This document shows, in pieces, positions 20,189-29,792 of a stretch of DNA of 64,000 bases. The first letter of the stretch is position 1. Every line of letters begins with the position of its first letter. The notes beneath the pieces were generated by a model. The model was given only the letters and a program-made list of their open reading frames with translations. It searched no databases and was not told where the DNA came from. The stretch lies in NCBI GenBank assembly GCA_007375535.1, contig VMEM01000001.1:103462-167461 (forward strand), in the 5' to 3' direction. This DNA comes from Parcubacteria group bacterium LiPW_41 (GTDB lineage Bacteria; Patescibacteriota; Minisyncoccia; UBA6257; GWB1-50-10). The translations under genes were made by a program, and so were the position numbers.

Positions 20189-20848
20189 GTGTACAATAAA
20201 ACTATGCAAGAAGTAAGCTCGCCAACACAAAAATTTGTTGAAATAAACGAAATAAAAGACGGGGTGGTTTATTTAAAAAACGGAGGAATCCGTAGAGTTT
20301 TAATTGTTGGTGGTATAAACTTTGACCTTAAATCTGAGGCAGAACAAAACCTTATCTTGGGAAGTTTTCAAAATTTTTTAAATACTGTTGATTATCCCAT
20401 TCAGTTATTCATACACTCACGAAAAGTTAATGTTGACGCATATCTAGACAAGATGAGAGAGCGAAGAGAAAAAGAAGAAAATGAATTACTACGAATTCAA
20501 ATCGATGAATACATAAATTTTATTAAGACGCTTGTTGAACAAAATTCAATTATCTCAAAGACATTTTTTGTTGTGGTTCCTTATGAAGGGGGTGTGAGTA
20601 ATTCCTCACCAGTCGGAATTATCTCTTCTTTGTTTAGTTCGCAAAAATCAAAAAATGCCGAAGAAAAAGCGACCACCCAATCAAAATTGGAACAATTAGA
20701 ACACCGAGCGGTTGAGGTACGTGCGGGACTAGAACAAATTGGTCTCCATGTTTCAGAACTAGACGACGAAGAACTTACAGAACTTTTTTATAATTTGTAT
20801 AATCCACAATTGATTGAAAAAAAAGATCTTCAAATAGCAAAAAAATAA
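20189..20848 (+). CDS. VirB4-family N-terminal domain fragment; split from the following ORF
   Basis: GTG start. Sequence resembles the N-terminal region of Gram-positive-type VirB4 (PrgJ/TraE-like). Ends at TAA immediately after an A7 run, 4 nt before the VirB4 ATG in the +1 frame. Confidence 0.45.
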   Translation: MYNKTMQEVSSPTQKFVEINEIKDGVVYLKNGGIRRVLIVGGINFDLKSEAEQNLILGSFQNFLNTVDYPIQLFIHSRKVNVDAYLDKMRERREKEENELLRIQIDEYINFIKTLVEQNSIISKTFFVVVPYEGGVSNSSPVGIISSLFSSQKSKNAEEKATTQSKLEQLEHRAVEVRAGLEQIGLHVSELDDEELTELFYNLYNPQLIEKKDLQIAKK

Positions 20849-20852
20849 ACAA

Positions 20853-22604
20853 ATGAAAATCTCAATTCCACAAGCATATACTCCCTCTTCAAAGGATCTC
20901 CCAAATGTTATAGCGCCATCTGGGCTTGAGGTTAGTGCAAATTATATCAAGCTTGGAGATTACTTTGTAAAAACATTGTTTATATATACATACCCTCGAT
21001 ACGTTTCGAGTGGGTGGTTCTCTCCAGTGATTAATATGGCGGAAATGATGGATATATCTGTTTTTGTTCACCCAATGGATACTGCATATGCCCTAAAAGA
21101 TTTAAAAAAGAAGGTTGCAAACATTGAGGCTGAGCTCTGGGACAAACAAGACAAAGGTCTTGTTCGTGACCCAATGCTTGAAACCGCATACGAAGATGTT
21201 GAACAACTCCGTGATTCATTACTACAGGCTAGAGAAAAACTTTTTCGTGTTGGTGTATATATTACACTTTATGCTCACACTTTAGACGAGCTTCGAAAAC
21301 TTGAAGAAAAGATAGAATCAACTCTCGAGAGTAAGCTTGTGTATATAAAACCAGCACTTTTCAAACAACTTGAGGGTTTCAACTCTTCAGCACTTCCGAT
21401 TAATACTGACTCTCTTGAGATTACAACACCACTAAATTCAAGCCCAGCATCCTCGTTGTTCCCGTTCGTCTCTCCAGACTTATCCTCTGAAAAAGGAATT
21501 TTGTATGGGGTTAATATGCACAACAACAGCTTGATTATCTTCGATAGATTTTCTCTTCAGAATGCAAATCAGGTTATTTTTGCAACCTCTGGTGCTGGAA
21601 AATCATACACCACAAAACTCCAAGTGCTTCGCTCTTTAATGCTTGGAATAAATGTTATTATCATTGACCCAGAAAACGAATATCAAAATCTTTCAAATGC
21701 AATTGGTGGAAGTTATTTTAAAATCTCCCTTACCTCTCAAAACCATGTAAATCCTTTTGATATTCCAATTATTCCAGAAGGAGAGGAGCCATCTGATGTA
21801 TTCAAGTCTCATGTTTTGAATGTGACAGGATTGTTAAAATTGATGCTTGGTGCAATAACCCCAGAAGAAGATTCTCTTCTTGATAGAGTCGTAACCGAAA
21901 CATACGCTTCTCGTGATATAACAGCAGAAAATTTCGGCACAATGAAAGGAGTGAACCCTCCATTACTTGAAGACCTACAAGTGATTCTTTCAAGTACACA
22001 AGGAGGACAGACACTTGCTGCACGACTCGATAAGTTTACTCATGGTTCATATGCGGGCTTTACCAACGCACCAACAAACGTTGATATAAAAAACAGACTT
22101 ATTGTTTTTTCAATTCGAGATCTTGAAGAGGAGCTTCGCCCAATAGCAATGTATATTGTGTTGAATTTTGTGTGGAATCTTGTTCGATCAAAACTCCAAC
22201 AACGCGCCCTTATTATTGATGAGGCGTGGTTAATGATGAAATACAAAGATTCTGCATCTTTCCTTTTTGGGTTAGTAAAAAGAGCACGTAAATATTATTT
22301 GGGAATTACCACAATAACACAGGACGTCGAGGACTTCTTAAAATCAGAATATGGAAAACCTATTGTTACAAACTCTTCAATGCAGATACTAATGAAGCAA
22401 TCCCCGGGATCAATTGATGCGGTAGCAACCGCGTTTAGCTTAACCGAAGGAGAACGTTCATTTCTTTTGGAGGCTGGTGTTGGAGAAGGACTTTTCTTTG
22501 CTGGAGCAAAACATGTTGCAATGAAAGTAATTGCCTCATACACCGAAGATCAAATTGTCACCACAAATCCTGAACAGGTTCTTGAGTCAAAAGGACTTTC
22601 ATAA
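20853..22604 (+). CDS. virB4: VirB4/TrbE/CagE-family type IV secretion ATPase (C-terminal 583 aa)
   Basis: Walker A ATSGAGKSYT, Walker B LIIDEAW, and the conserved YPRYV..GW segment of VirB4 proteins. Confidence 0.85.
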   Translation: MKISIPQAYTPSSKDLPNVIAPSGLEVSANYIKLGDYFVKTLFIYTYPRYVSSGWFSPVINMAEMMDISVFVHPMDTAYALKDLKKKVANIEAELWDKQDKGLVRDPMLETAYEDVEQLRDSLLQAREKLFRVGVYITLYAHTLDELRKLEEKIESTLESKLVYIKPALFKQLEGFNSSALPINTDSLEITTPLNSSPASSLFPFVSPDLSSEKGILYGVNMHNNSLIIFDRFSLQNANQVIFATSGAGKSYTTKLQVLRSLMLGINVIIIDPENEYQNLSNAIGGSYFKISLTSQNHVNPFDIPIIPEGEEPSDVFKSHVLNVTGLLKLMLGAITPEEDSLLDRVVTETYASRDITAENFGTMKGVNPPLLEDLQVILSSTQGGQTLAARLDKFTHGSYAGFTNAPTNVDIKNRLIVFSIRDLEEELRPIAMYIVLNFVWNLVRSKLQQRALIIDEAWLMMKYKDSASFLFGLVKRARKYYLGITTITQDVEDFLKSEYGKPIVTNSSMQILMKQSPGSIDAVATAFSLTEGERSFLLEAGVGEGLFFAGAKHVAMKVIASYTEDQIVTTNPEQVLESKGLS

Positions 22605-22606
22605 TA

Positions 22607-23152
22607 ATGAGTCAAAAAGCAGAGAAAAAATTCGGAGAAGGGGAAATGTTTCTTGGTTTTGTTGTTGGGTTGATTATTGATGGGATTGCATTTCTCGGAG
22701 ATGCAATCTCTCTTGGTTTTGGGGGTTGGATTGTACAGGGTTTTTTGTGGCCAGCTATAAAAATGTTCTGGCTCAACAAGGGAGGTGGGAGTGTTCTGAA
22801 CGACCCATTGAAAGGGTATTTAGTTCCAATTCTTGTTCAGGGCCTTCCATTTCTTCCAACTATGTGCGCAACAATAATAGTGGTGATGTTTTTAGAGAAT
22901 AAACAAGCGAAATTAGGTATAATAAATACAATAGACACAACAAACAAAACTAAATTGTTAAAACCTAAGGAAATATCAAGTGAAACAAAGGAAAAAATGG
23001 AAACCTTAGAAAGACCAACGCCCGGGATACCACTCTCAAACACCAGCAAACCTCGCATCCTTTCAATTCCCTCATCTCCGATTAGAACAAAAAACAACCC
23101 TATAATACAAGAACACAATGAAGAAAAAGAAACATTTCGGAACGCCGCTTAA
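22607..23152 (+). CDS. Hypothetical small membrane protein
   Basis: Hydrophobic N-terminal half with 3-4 TM helices. No recognisable domain. Confidence 0.3.
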   Translation: MSQKAEKKFGEGEMFLGFVVGLIIDGIAFLGDAISLGFGGWIVQGFLWPAIKMFWLNKGGGSVLNDPLKGYLVPILVQGLPFLPTMCATIIVVMFLENKQAKLGIINTIDTTNKTKLLKPKEISSETKEKMETLERPTPGIPLSNTSKPRILSIPSSPIRTKNNPIIQEHNEEKETFRNAA

Positions 23153-23807
23153 TATAATTGTTTTTTTTGTTTTGTTTTTTGGTATTTTTGCCTCTTCTCA
23201 TGCTGGAAATCCAGAACTTATTGTGACGTGGAAAGCAGATAATTTCTATCCAACATCTTATACTGGGAAGGCAATTCCTTCGTATGGGACAAAAACATCC
23301 TTTGCTGTCGAGGCCATCCAAGACGGAAAGTTATTAGACATCTCAAAATCAACAATTGAGTGGAGAAAAAATGGAGAACGGATAAAAAAGGGGGAAGGAC
23401 AAAAAGAGGCGTTAGTGGTCTTTTCCAATACCGATAGAACAAGTTTTGTTTCAGTTTCGGTTTTAATTAATGGAACATCGATCGAAAAGAGTATATCAAT
23501 ACCGATTACTGAACCAAGACTAGTTATTGAGATACCATACAAAAACTTAACAGCACCAAAAAATTCAGACATATCAATAACTGCAACTCCATATTTTTTT
23601 AATGCAACATCTTTAAATGACTTTTCTTTTTCGTGGAATATTAATGGTATAAAAAAGGGAACTGGGACAAACAATAAATTAACATTAAACACTGGAAACC
23701 CAAGCTCCCAAAGTGATTCAGTTGTTACAATTTTGGGATACGCCCAAAATAAAAAATCTCTTTTGGAAATAAAGAAAACACAAGCAAAACTATTTATTAG
23801 TGATTAA
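23118..23807 (+). CDS. Hypothetical secreted protein
   Basis: Signal peptide (FASSHAG). Beta-rich repetitive sequence. Overlaps the previous ORF by 35 nt. Confidence 0.35.
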   Translation: MKKKKHFGTPLNIIVFFVLFFGIFASSHAGNPELIVTWKADNFYPTSYTGKAIPSYGTKTSFAVEAIQDGKLLDISKSTIEWRKNGERIKKGEGQKEALVVFSNTDRTSFVSVSVLINGTSIEKSISIPITEPRLVIEIPYKNLTAPKNSDISITATPYFFNATSLNDFSFSWNINGIKKGTGTNNKLTLNTGNPSSQSDSVVTILGYAQNKKSLLEIKKTQAKLFISD

Positions 23808-23809
23808 TT

Positions 23810-24997
23810 ATGAAATCTATTTATAAATTTTTTATTATTGCTCTTATACTTGGAATAATTGCTTGGATTGTTTATTTTGTGGTATCAAAAAACTCAACAC
23901 CTATTGAATTAATTGAAAACACCTCAACAAGCACAACAACTGAGGTAATAGATATTAGTAGTGATACTGGAGGAGAGGACACCCCAACAAGCACAACCGA
24001 ACAAACATTAATAGAACAATCCGATAATGGAATTTTTGATGACGGGAACTACAAACCAGAGACAGTGAAAACATCTTTTAGTGAGTTTAAAAAAATCTCT
24101 GATGTCCCAGCAAAATTTTATTGGTATTATGCCGAAAATAATAGAATTTTCTACACAACAGAAAATGGTCAAATAAAAAAAGTTATCGACGGAAAGAGTG
24201 AGTTGGTTGAAATAAACCCATTAAAGGATTTAATAAGTGTTCGCCCAAACCAAGATGGCTCTTTTGTTTTGTTGCGCTTTACAACTGCTTCTGGTGCTAT
24301 ATGGGGTATCTTCTCTTCTATGGACGAAAAAATATCCCCTCTCAACCCCTCAATTGCCGATGCAATATGGGATTTAAATAATGAGGATATAATTACACTA
24401 CAAAATAAAAACGGAAAAATTGATATTACCTCTTTTTCTCGTTTGAAAAACTATTCAGAAGGCGTAACATTGATTCCAGAAATAAAACTACTTGATGTCG
24501 ATCTAATAAAAAAATCTCAAGATGAATTATTGTTTGTTGAAAAGTTTGGAAATGGTTATACAACATCAATTTGGCAATACAATTTAAAAACAAAGCTTTT
24601 TTCTACTATAAGATCAGGTCTTTTAGATTTTTCTATTAAAACAACACCGGAGGTATATTTTTCACTATCAAAAAACTCTGGTTTCTCAATAGAAAACACT
24701 TCCTTTAAAAGAATTTTGCCAACAACACACAATACAATACCAGAAAAATGTTCCGCTTTTCTTTCTACTGCTTTTTGTTTTGTTCCTCAAAGTTCGGTTT
24801 CTTACTTTGATTGGATTACAAACTTTATGTTTACTGACGACTTATTATACTTATACGACTTAAACACCCAAATAGAAGACCAAATTCAAATTTCAGAATT
24901 TACAAAAAAACAAATTGACGCAAAAAATATAATACCAACATATTCTTCACTTTATTTTATAAACAAATATGACAACTTTATTTATGCGCTCAACTAA
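23810..24997 (+). CDS. Hypothetical membrane-anchored protein
   Basis: N-terminal TM anchor followed by a ~360-aa extracytoplasmic domain. No recognisable domain. Confidence 0.35.
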   Translation: MKSIYKFFIIALILGIIAWIVYFVVSKNSTPIELIENTSTSTTTEVIDISSDTGGEDTPTSTTEQTLIEQSDNGIFDDGNYKPETVKTSFSEFKKISDVPAKFYWYYAENNRIFYTTENGQIKKVIDGKSELVEINPLKDLISVRPNQDGSFVLLRFTTASGAIWGIFSSMDEKISPLNPSIADAIWDLNNEDIITLQNKNGKIDITSFSRLKNYSEGVTLIPEIKLLDVDLIKKSQDELLFVEKFGNGYTTSIWQYNLKTKLFSTIRSGLLDFSIKTTPEVYFSLSKNSGFSIENTSFKRILPTTHNTIPEKCSAFLSTAFCFVPQSSVSYFDWITNFMFTDDLLYLYDLNTQIEDQIQISEFTKKQIDAKNIIPTYSSLYFINKYDNFIYALN

Positions 24998-26600
24998 ATT
25001 ATTCTCTCTTGTTTTTTTGTTTCTAATTATACTAGGGACTGTTTCTTTTCCTTTGTTTGTTGGAGCCCAAACAACTAGCACCACAAGCACAAGCGATTTA
25101 CACCTTGTTTTTGAGCCTCCATGCGTAAAAATAGGAGTCGGTTCTATTGATAGTTGTAGTCCGATCACTGACATACAAACATATATAAAACGTTTGTATC
25201 AGTTTGCTGTGGGAATCTCTGGAATTGTCGCGGTAGGAATGATTGTATATGGAGCGATTTTAATAATTGTTAAATCAGAAAACGTTGTAGCAAAAAGCGA
25301 AGGAAAACAAATCATACAAGATGCTCTTTGGGGGGTATTACTTCTTTTTGCCTCCTATCTTCTTCTTAATACAATAAATCCAGAACTTGTAAAACTAAAA
25401 GAACCAACAACAGGAGATATAATAAAAACCACAACAAGTTCTCAACTAACTCAATTAAACGCCGTCTCGTGTGGAACGTCTACAAATATATATGCAGTTA
25501 ATGGTGTCCCTATTTATTCTGGAGATTCAAGCACAAACACAAAAGCGCCCCAAGGACCAGATGGGGAATATATTGAACCAGATAATAAATGTGGCTTCAG
25601 ACGGGTTATTTTAAGACACGCCGCTGATATTACTGATAATTCTGGAGAGGCTTCAAAGTACTACGCAGAAGATGAGGGTTTAGACGAAAACACCATTGTG
25701 TGGACATATCCATATTTTATAAAATCCGAGGGAGCGAAAAACGCATCAGACGACATGAATATTACAACAAAACGTTGTGTTATATATGCAATACGCGAAC
25801 CAGTTGATGACGACGAGAAAGCAGAAACAGTGATGGTTGATCTAAACTCAAACATCACCCCTTGTATATTAAACGACAAACAAAAACCTGGTTGGATTTG
25901 GGGAAACGATGTGTCTTCTACGACAATAAACACAAACACAACTATCATTTCCTCTACAACACTCTCTTTGGTAAAAGCAAAAGCAGAATTTCTTAAAAAT
26001 ACCGGAAAAGTCCTTTTTGATGGAAACGGTGATTGTCCCCCTAACAGTGAGACAAGTGCGAATGGAGTTTTTTCTTCTCTTTTAAGCGGACAAGCTCCAT
26101 ATATTTGTTCTTCTTCTTGTGCGTGCTCAAAAACAAACACGACAGTCTCTGTAAATCTCTTGAGTTCACTTATAAACCTTACCGGAAGAACTGATGGATT
26201 TACAATAACATCACTCACTGGTGGAGCACACTCTGCAAATTCGGCACATTATAGTGGGATCGCGGCCGACTTAAAACCAACAAGAACAACAAGTTGGGAT
26301 CAATTATTTACACAATCAAAAACTTTATTTGACAGCAATAAGTTGTTTTGTGAGGTTTATTATGATACTACAGCAATCGAAAACATAAAAAAACTTCCTA
26401 TCTCCGAATCAAATCCAAATCCAAAATATTTATATTCAACAGACCCGTCGAGTGGCGCTATAACATTTACACGACAAGGAAAAAGTACAAGATGCACAAA
26501 AGAAAGCAAATATCATTGTATGGAACAAACTGATGGATGTTGGGATATTTTTTCAGAAGCTGGGGGAACAGGAAAACATATTCACGTACAAACAAAATAA
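24984..26600 (+). CDS. Pilin-like (VirB2/TrbC-like two-TM) N-terminal domain fused to a ~400-aa Cys-rich extracellular domain
   Basis: After a signal peptide, residues ~60-140 repeat the TM-charged loop-TM architecture of the 737..1985 pilins (VKSENVVAKSEGKQ loop). A large C-terminal domain with many Cys follows. Start set at MRSTKLF. Confidence 0.4.
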   Translation: MRSTKLFSLVFLFLIILGTVSFPLFVGAQTTSTTSTSDLHLVFEPPCVKIGVGSIDSCSPITDIQTYIKRLYQFAVGISGIVAVGMIVYGAILIIVKSENVVAKSEGKQIIQDALWGVLLLFASYLLLNTINPELVKLKEPTTGDIIKTTTSSQLTQLNAVSCGTSTNIYAVNGVPIYSGDSSTNTKAPQGPDGEYIEPDNKCGFRRVILRHAADITDNSGEASKYYAEDEGLDENTIVWTYPYFIKSEGAKNASDDMNITTKRCVIYAIREPVDDDEKAETVMVDLNSNITPCILNDKQKPGWIWGNDVSSTTINTNTTIISSTTLSLVKAKAEFLKNTGKVLFDGNGDCPPNSETSANGVFSSLLSGQAPYICSSSCACSKTNTTVSVNLLSSLINLTGRTDGFTITSLTGGAHSANSAHYSGIAADLKPTRTTSWDQLFTQSKTLFDSNKLFCEVYYDTTAIENIKKLPISESNPNPKYLYSTDPSSGAITFTRQGKSTRCTKESKYHCMEQTDGCWDIFSEAGGTGKHIHVQTK

Positions 26601-26626
26601 AATCCGCCTTTCGGCGGATTTTTTAT
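26601..26626. terminator. Bidirectional rho-independent terminator
   Basis: AATCCGCC-tttc-GGCGGATT hairpin with a T-run on the plus side. The minus-strand jag stop lies within it. Confidence 0.65.
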
Positions 26627-27054
26627 TGAACAAATTTTATCATTACGTGCCTATCTTTTCCTACCCCAACACTTTCAGTAGTTAACTCTGGGTGAGTGGT
26701 AATCTCCATATGAACAATTCTTCGTTCGTATCCATTCATTGGAGGGAGTTCAACTTCTTGTTTTGTTATCATTGCTTTTTTTGCTGCGGCTTTCGCTAAA
26801 TCTACAATAATTCGCTCTCGCTCCTTTCGATAGTAATTTATATCGATAACATGGGGGATTAATCCTTTCTTTTTGAGAATGGTATTGATAATGTGATCAA
26901 ACGCAGGAAGAATGGTAGTAATATTTTCATCAACAAACCGATTCTCTATAAGAATAATGACCTTGCGGCGCTCCTCATCAAGAGAAACCTCTGCATTTGG
27001 AAACCCAATATTAGTAACAAATTCTTTTACTGCCTCAATAATCGCTTCTTTCAT
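26623..27054 (-). CDS. jag: Jag/SpoIIIJ-associated protein (KH + R3H RNA-binding domains)
   Basis: C-terminal R3H motif region (GYERRIVHMEI). Sits directly downstream of yidC as in the conserved rnpA-yidC-jag operon. Confidence 0.7.
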   Translation of the reverse strand: MKEAIIEAVKEFVTNIGFPNAEVSLDEERRKVIILIENRFVDENITTILPAFDHIINTILKKKGLIPHVIDINYYRKERERIIVDLAKAAAKKAMITKQEVELPPMNGYERRIVHMEITTHPELTTESVGVGKDRHVMIKFVQ

Positions 27055-27073
27055 AGCGTTTTCTAGTATACAA

Positions 27074-27745
27074 CTAATCCTCTAGTTTTGGCAATTTTTT
27101 ATTAATATATATTTGTTGTCCAATCGCAAAAACCGAAGAAACAATCCAATAAATACTTAGAGCCGATGGAAGGTTTGAAAAGATTAAAACAGTAAGAATT
27201 GGGCCCACATACACCATAGTTTTCGCCATAGAGGCAAATGTGTTTTCTTTCTCAGTTGTCACTGTTTTTGGAAGCGAGAGTTTTCCTTGGATGTATTGTA
27301 GTCCAGCAGCAACTATAGGAAGAATGATTCCCTTACCACCCAAATCAATTAATCCAAACATCATCGTGCTTGCAAGCCCGATGTTTCCCAATTCTCTCCC
27401 AAATAATTTAAACAATGCGAAAAAAATTGGAAGCTGAATAAGAACTGAAAATATTCCAAAAAAAGGATTAAAACTATATTTTTTATATAATTCCAGTAAT
27501 TCTTTTGCTTGTCGCTCTTTATCATCTTTGTGATCTGTTTGGAGTTTTTTTATGTGTGGTTGGAGTTTTTGCATTATTGCTTGATCCTTTGCTCCTTTGT
27601 AAAACAAAGGGAACAATACAACACGTATAAGAACAGTGAGAAGTATTATAGCCACACCAAGATCAGAAAACGCTACTGATTTATAAATAAACAAAAGAAC
27701 CGACAAAAGTGGTTCATATATATACGAATTAAATAATCCTGCCAT
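27074..27745 (-). CDS. yidC: Membrane protein insertase YidC/Oxa1 family (short form)
   Basis: Five-TM YidC core (VLFPLF...Q..QP...L..KY..NP). Operon position between rnpA and jag. Confidence 0.85.
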   Translation of the reverse strand: MAGLFNSYIYEPLLSVLLFIYKSVAFSDLGVAIILLTVLIRVVLFPLFYKGAKDQAIMQKLQPHIKKLQTDHKDDKERQAKELLELYKKYSFNPFFGIFSVLIQLPIFFALFKLFGRELGNIGLASTMMFGLIDLGGKGIILPIVAAGLQYIQGKLSLPKTVTTEKENTFASMAKTMVYVGPILTVLIFSNLPSALSIYWIVSSVFAIGQQIYINKKLPKLED

Positions 27746-27812
27746 ATGGGAACATTGTACTATAGAAATCCCTCTTGGTATAGTTTTTTTAAAATTTAAA
27801 AAGAGGGGGTTT

Positions 27813-28058
27813 TTATAAAAGATTTATTAAATCTTTTTCAGTTTCTTTAAATTTCGCACCGATAATTTCTTTTTTAGGAATAACACAAAACACTTCACGC
27901 TCTTTCTTTGTTTTTCTTAAAATACTTCTTATTTGTCTCTTAATTTTATTCCTTAGAACAGCGGTTTTAAATGTTTTTTTAGATATAGAGAAAACGCACG
28001 GCGTTTTTGTTTCGCTGTGCGTCTTTCTCTTTAGGATAAAATAGAGTCCCTCCGCCAT
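27813..28058 (-). CDS. rnpA: Ribonuclease P protein component (short)
   Basis: Basic protein with the RNR-type motif (AVLRNKIKRQIRSILRK). Immediately downstream of rpmH. Confidence 0.7.
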   Translation of the reverse strand: MAEGLYFILKRKTHSETKTPCVFSISKKTFKTAVLRNKIKRQIRSILRKTKKEREVFCVIPKKEIIGAKFKETEKDLINLL

Positions 28059-28063
28059 AATGA

Positions 28064-28198
28064 TTAAACAGTGAGTTTTTTTCTTCCTCGTGCTCTCCTT
28101 CGTGCAAGCACCTTCTTGCCACCAGGAGTACTTGAGCGCTCAAGAAACCCGTGTGTTGTTGCTCTCTTTTTTTTCTTTGGTTGATATGTTCTCTTCAT
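28064..28198 (-). CDS. rpmH: 50S ribosomal protein L34 (not in ORF track, 44 aa)
   Basis: Manual translation of the minus strand gives [44 protein letters not shown], the canonical L34 sequence. Confidence 0.85.
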   Translation of the reverse strand: MKRTYQPKKKKRATTHGFLERSSTPGGKKVLARRRARGRKKLTV

Positions 28199-28412
28199 GT
28201 ATCTATGCTACCAACATACAATAACACAAGGGTTTTCTTTTTGCAATAAAAACCTTTTAAAACCAAAAAAACGAGTTATCAACAAGAAGTCCACAGTTAC
28301 AGCATAAACCGAGACTTTATTCAATATTGAAAGATTATATAATACACGTATTATTGAGTGAGAAAGTATCTGTTTTATTTTCTTGAAAGGAATTAAACAA
28401 AAAATAACTATT
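28199..28412. promoter_or_regulatory. Origin-proximal AT-rich spacer between rpmH and dnaA with DnaA-box-like motifs (candidate oriC part 1 / dnaA promoter)
   Basis: AT-rich. Contains TTATCAACA and GTCCACAG variants of the TTATCCACA DnaA box. Classic rpmH divergent from dnaA arrangement. Confidence 0.5.
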
Positions 28413-29792
28413 ATGAATCACAACGAACTTTGGAAAACGGTACTTGGAGAAATTGAGGTTCAAATATCGCGTCCAAATTTTCTTACATGGTTAAAAAATA
28501 GTGAACTTATCCAAAAAGACGAGAAAGAGGGTATAGCATTGGTTGCACTTCCAAACAACTTTGCAAAAGAATGGGTAAAAAACAGATATCACAAAATTAT
28601 TTTAGGATCTCTTCGAAATGTTGATAGTAGTATTAAACAAGTTAACTACACAGTAGTAAGCCACACCACACCACAACCAACAATAAAGAAAAAGGAAGTT
28701 GTCCGTGGGCTTGAACTTGTAGACGAAAAGGCAAACCCTATATCAGAACTCTCAATAAACCAAAAAACAAACTTAAACCCTAAATATTCTTTTGATACAT
28801 ATATTGTTGGGTCTTCAAACGAACTCGCTTTTGCCGCAATTCAGGCGATTATTAATGATGTGGGAAAAAAATATAATCCTTTGTTTATTTATGGAGGTGT
28901 TGGGTTGGGAAAAACCCACCTGCTCCAGGCAGCGGGGAATGAAGTAACAAAAAAATATGACGGAAAAGTACGTGTTTTATATACAACATCAGAGAAATTT
29001 ATAAACGATGTAGTGTGGTCTGTTCGAAACAAGCGAATGGATGATATGAAAAAGAAATATCGAGACATTGATATGCTCATCGTTGATGATATTCAATTTA
29101 TTGGAGGAAAACCCGCCACAGAATTAGAATTTTTCTATACATTTAACGCTCTTTACGAAAATAACAAACAAATAATTATCTCGTCAGATCGATCCCCAGC
29201 AGCAATACCAACACTTGAAGAACGCCTTCGATCTCGTTTTGAGGGTGGAATGATCGCTGATATATCCTACCCAGATTATGAGATGCGCCTAGCAATTTTA
29301 AAAACAAAAGCACAAAACCAAAACAAAATTATCGATGATTGGGTTTTAGAATATATTGCTTCAAAAGTTCAAAGAAATATACGAGAAGTTGAAGGTGTTT
29401 TAAATAAGGTTATCTTCTATGAAGATTATAAGAAACAAAAAGTTGATCAGAGGAAACTCGAAGAAATTATAAACGAGACCATCCAAATAAGCCCAAAAAA
29501 TATAAGTGCTCAAGATATAATTAAGACAGTAGCTGAGTTTTATGAAATATCTCAAGCAGATCTTACAAATAGGGGAAGGAAACAAGAGGTTGTAGAGCCG
29601 CGCCAAATCGCAATGTTTCTTCTCCGTGATATATTAAAACTCTCTTATCCCCACATTGGAGAAAAATTAGGAAAAAGAGACCACACCACAGTGATACATG
29701 CATGTGAAAAAATAACAAAAGAACTTACACAAAACCCAAATTTAAATCAAAAGATAATGTTAATAAAAGAAAAAATGTTTAAAACATGTTGA
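28413..29792 (+). CDS. dnaA: Chromosomal replication initiator protein DnaA
   Basis: AAA+ Walker A GGVGLGKTHL, DnaA domain IV helix-turn-helix at the C-terminus. The track ORF begins at TTG 28383; I prefer ATG 28413 (MNHNELWK). Confidence 0.9.
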   Translation: MNHNELWKTVLGEIEVQISRPNFLTWLKNSELIQKDEKEGIALVALPNNFAKEWVKNRYHKIILGSLRNVDSSIKQVNYTVVSHTTPQPTIKKKEVVRGLELVDEKANPISELSINQKTNLNPKYSFDTYIVGSSNELAFAAIQAIINDVGKKYNPLFIYGGVGLGKTHLLQAAGNEVTKKYDGKVRVLYTTSEKFINDVVWSVRNKRMDDMKKKYRDIDMLIVDDIQFIGGKPATELEFFYTFNALYENNKQIIISSDRSPAAIPTLEERLRSRFEGGMIADISYPDYEMRLAILKTKAQNQNKIIDDWVLEYIASKVQRNIREVEGVLNKVIFYEDYKKQKVDQRKLEEIINETIQISPKNISAQDIIKTVAEFYEISQADLTNRGRKQEVVEPRQIAMFLLRDILKLSYPHIGEKLGKRDHTTVIHACEKITKELTQNPNLNQKIMLIKEKMFKTC

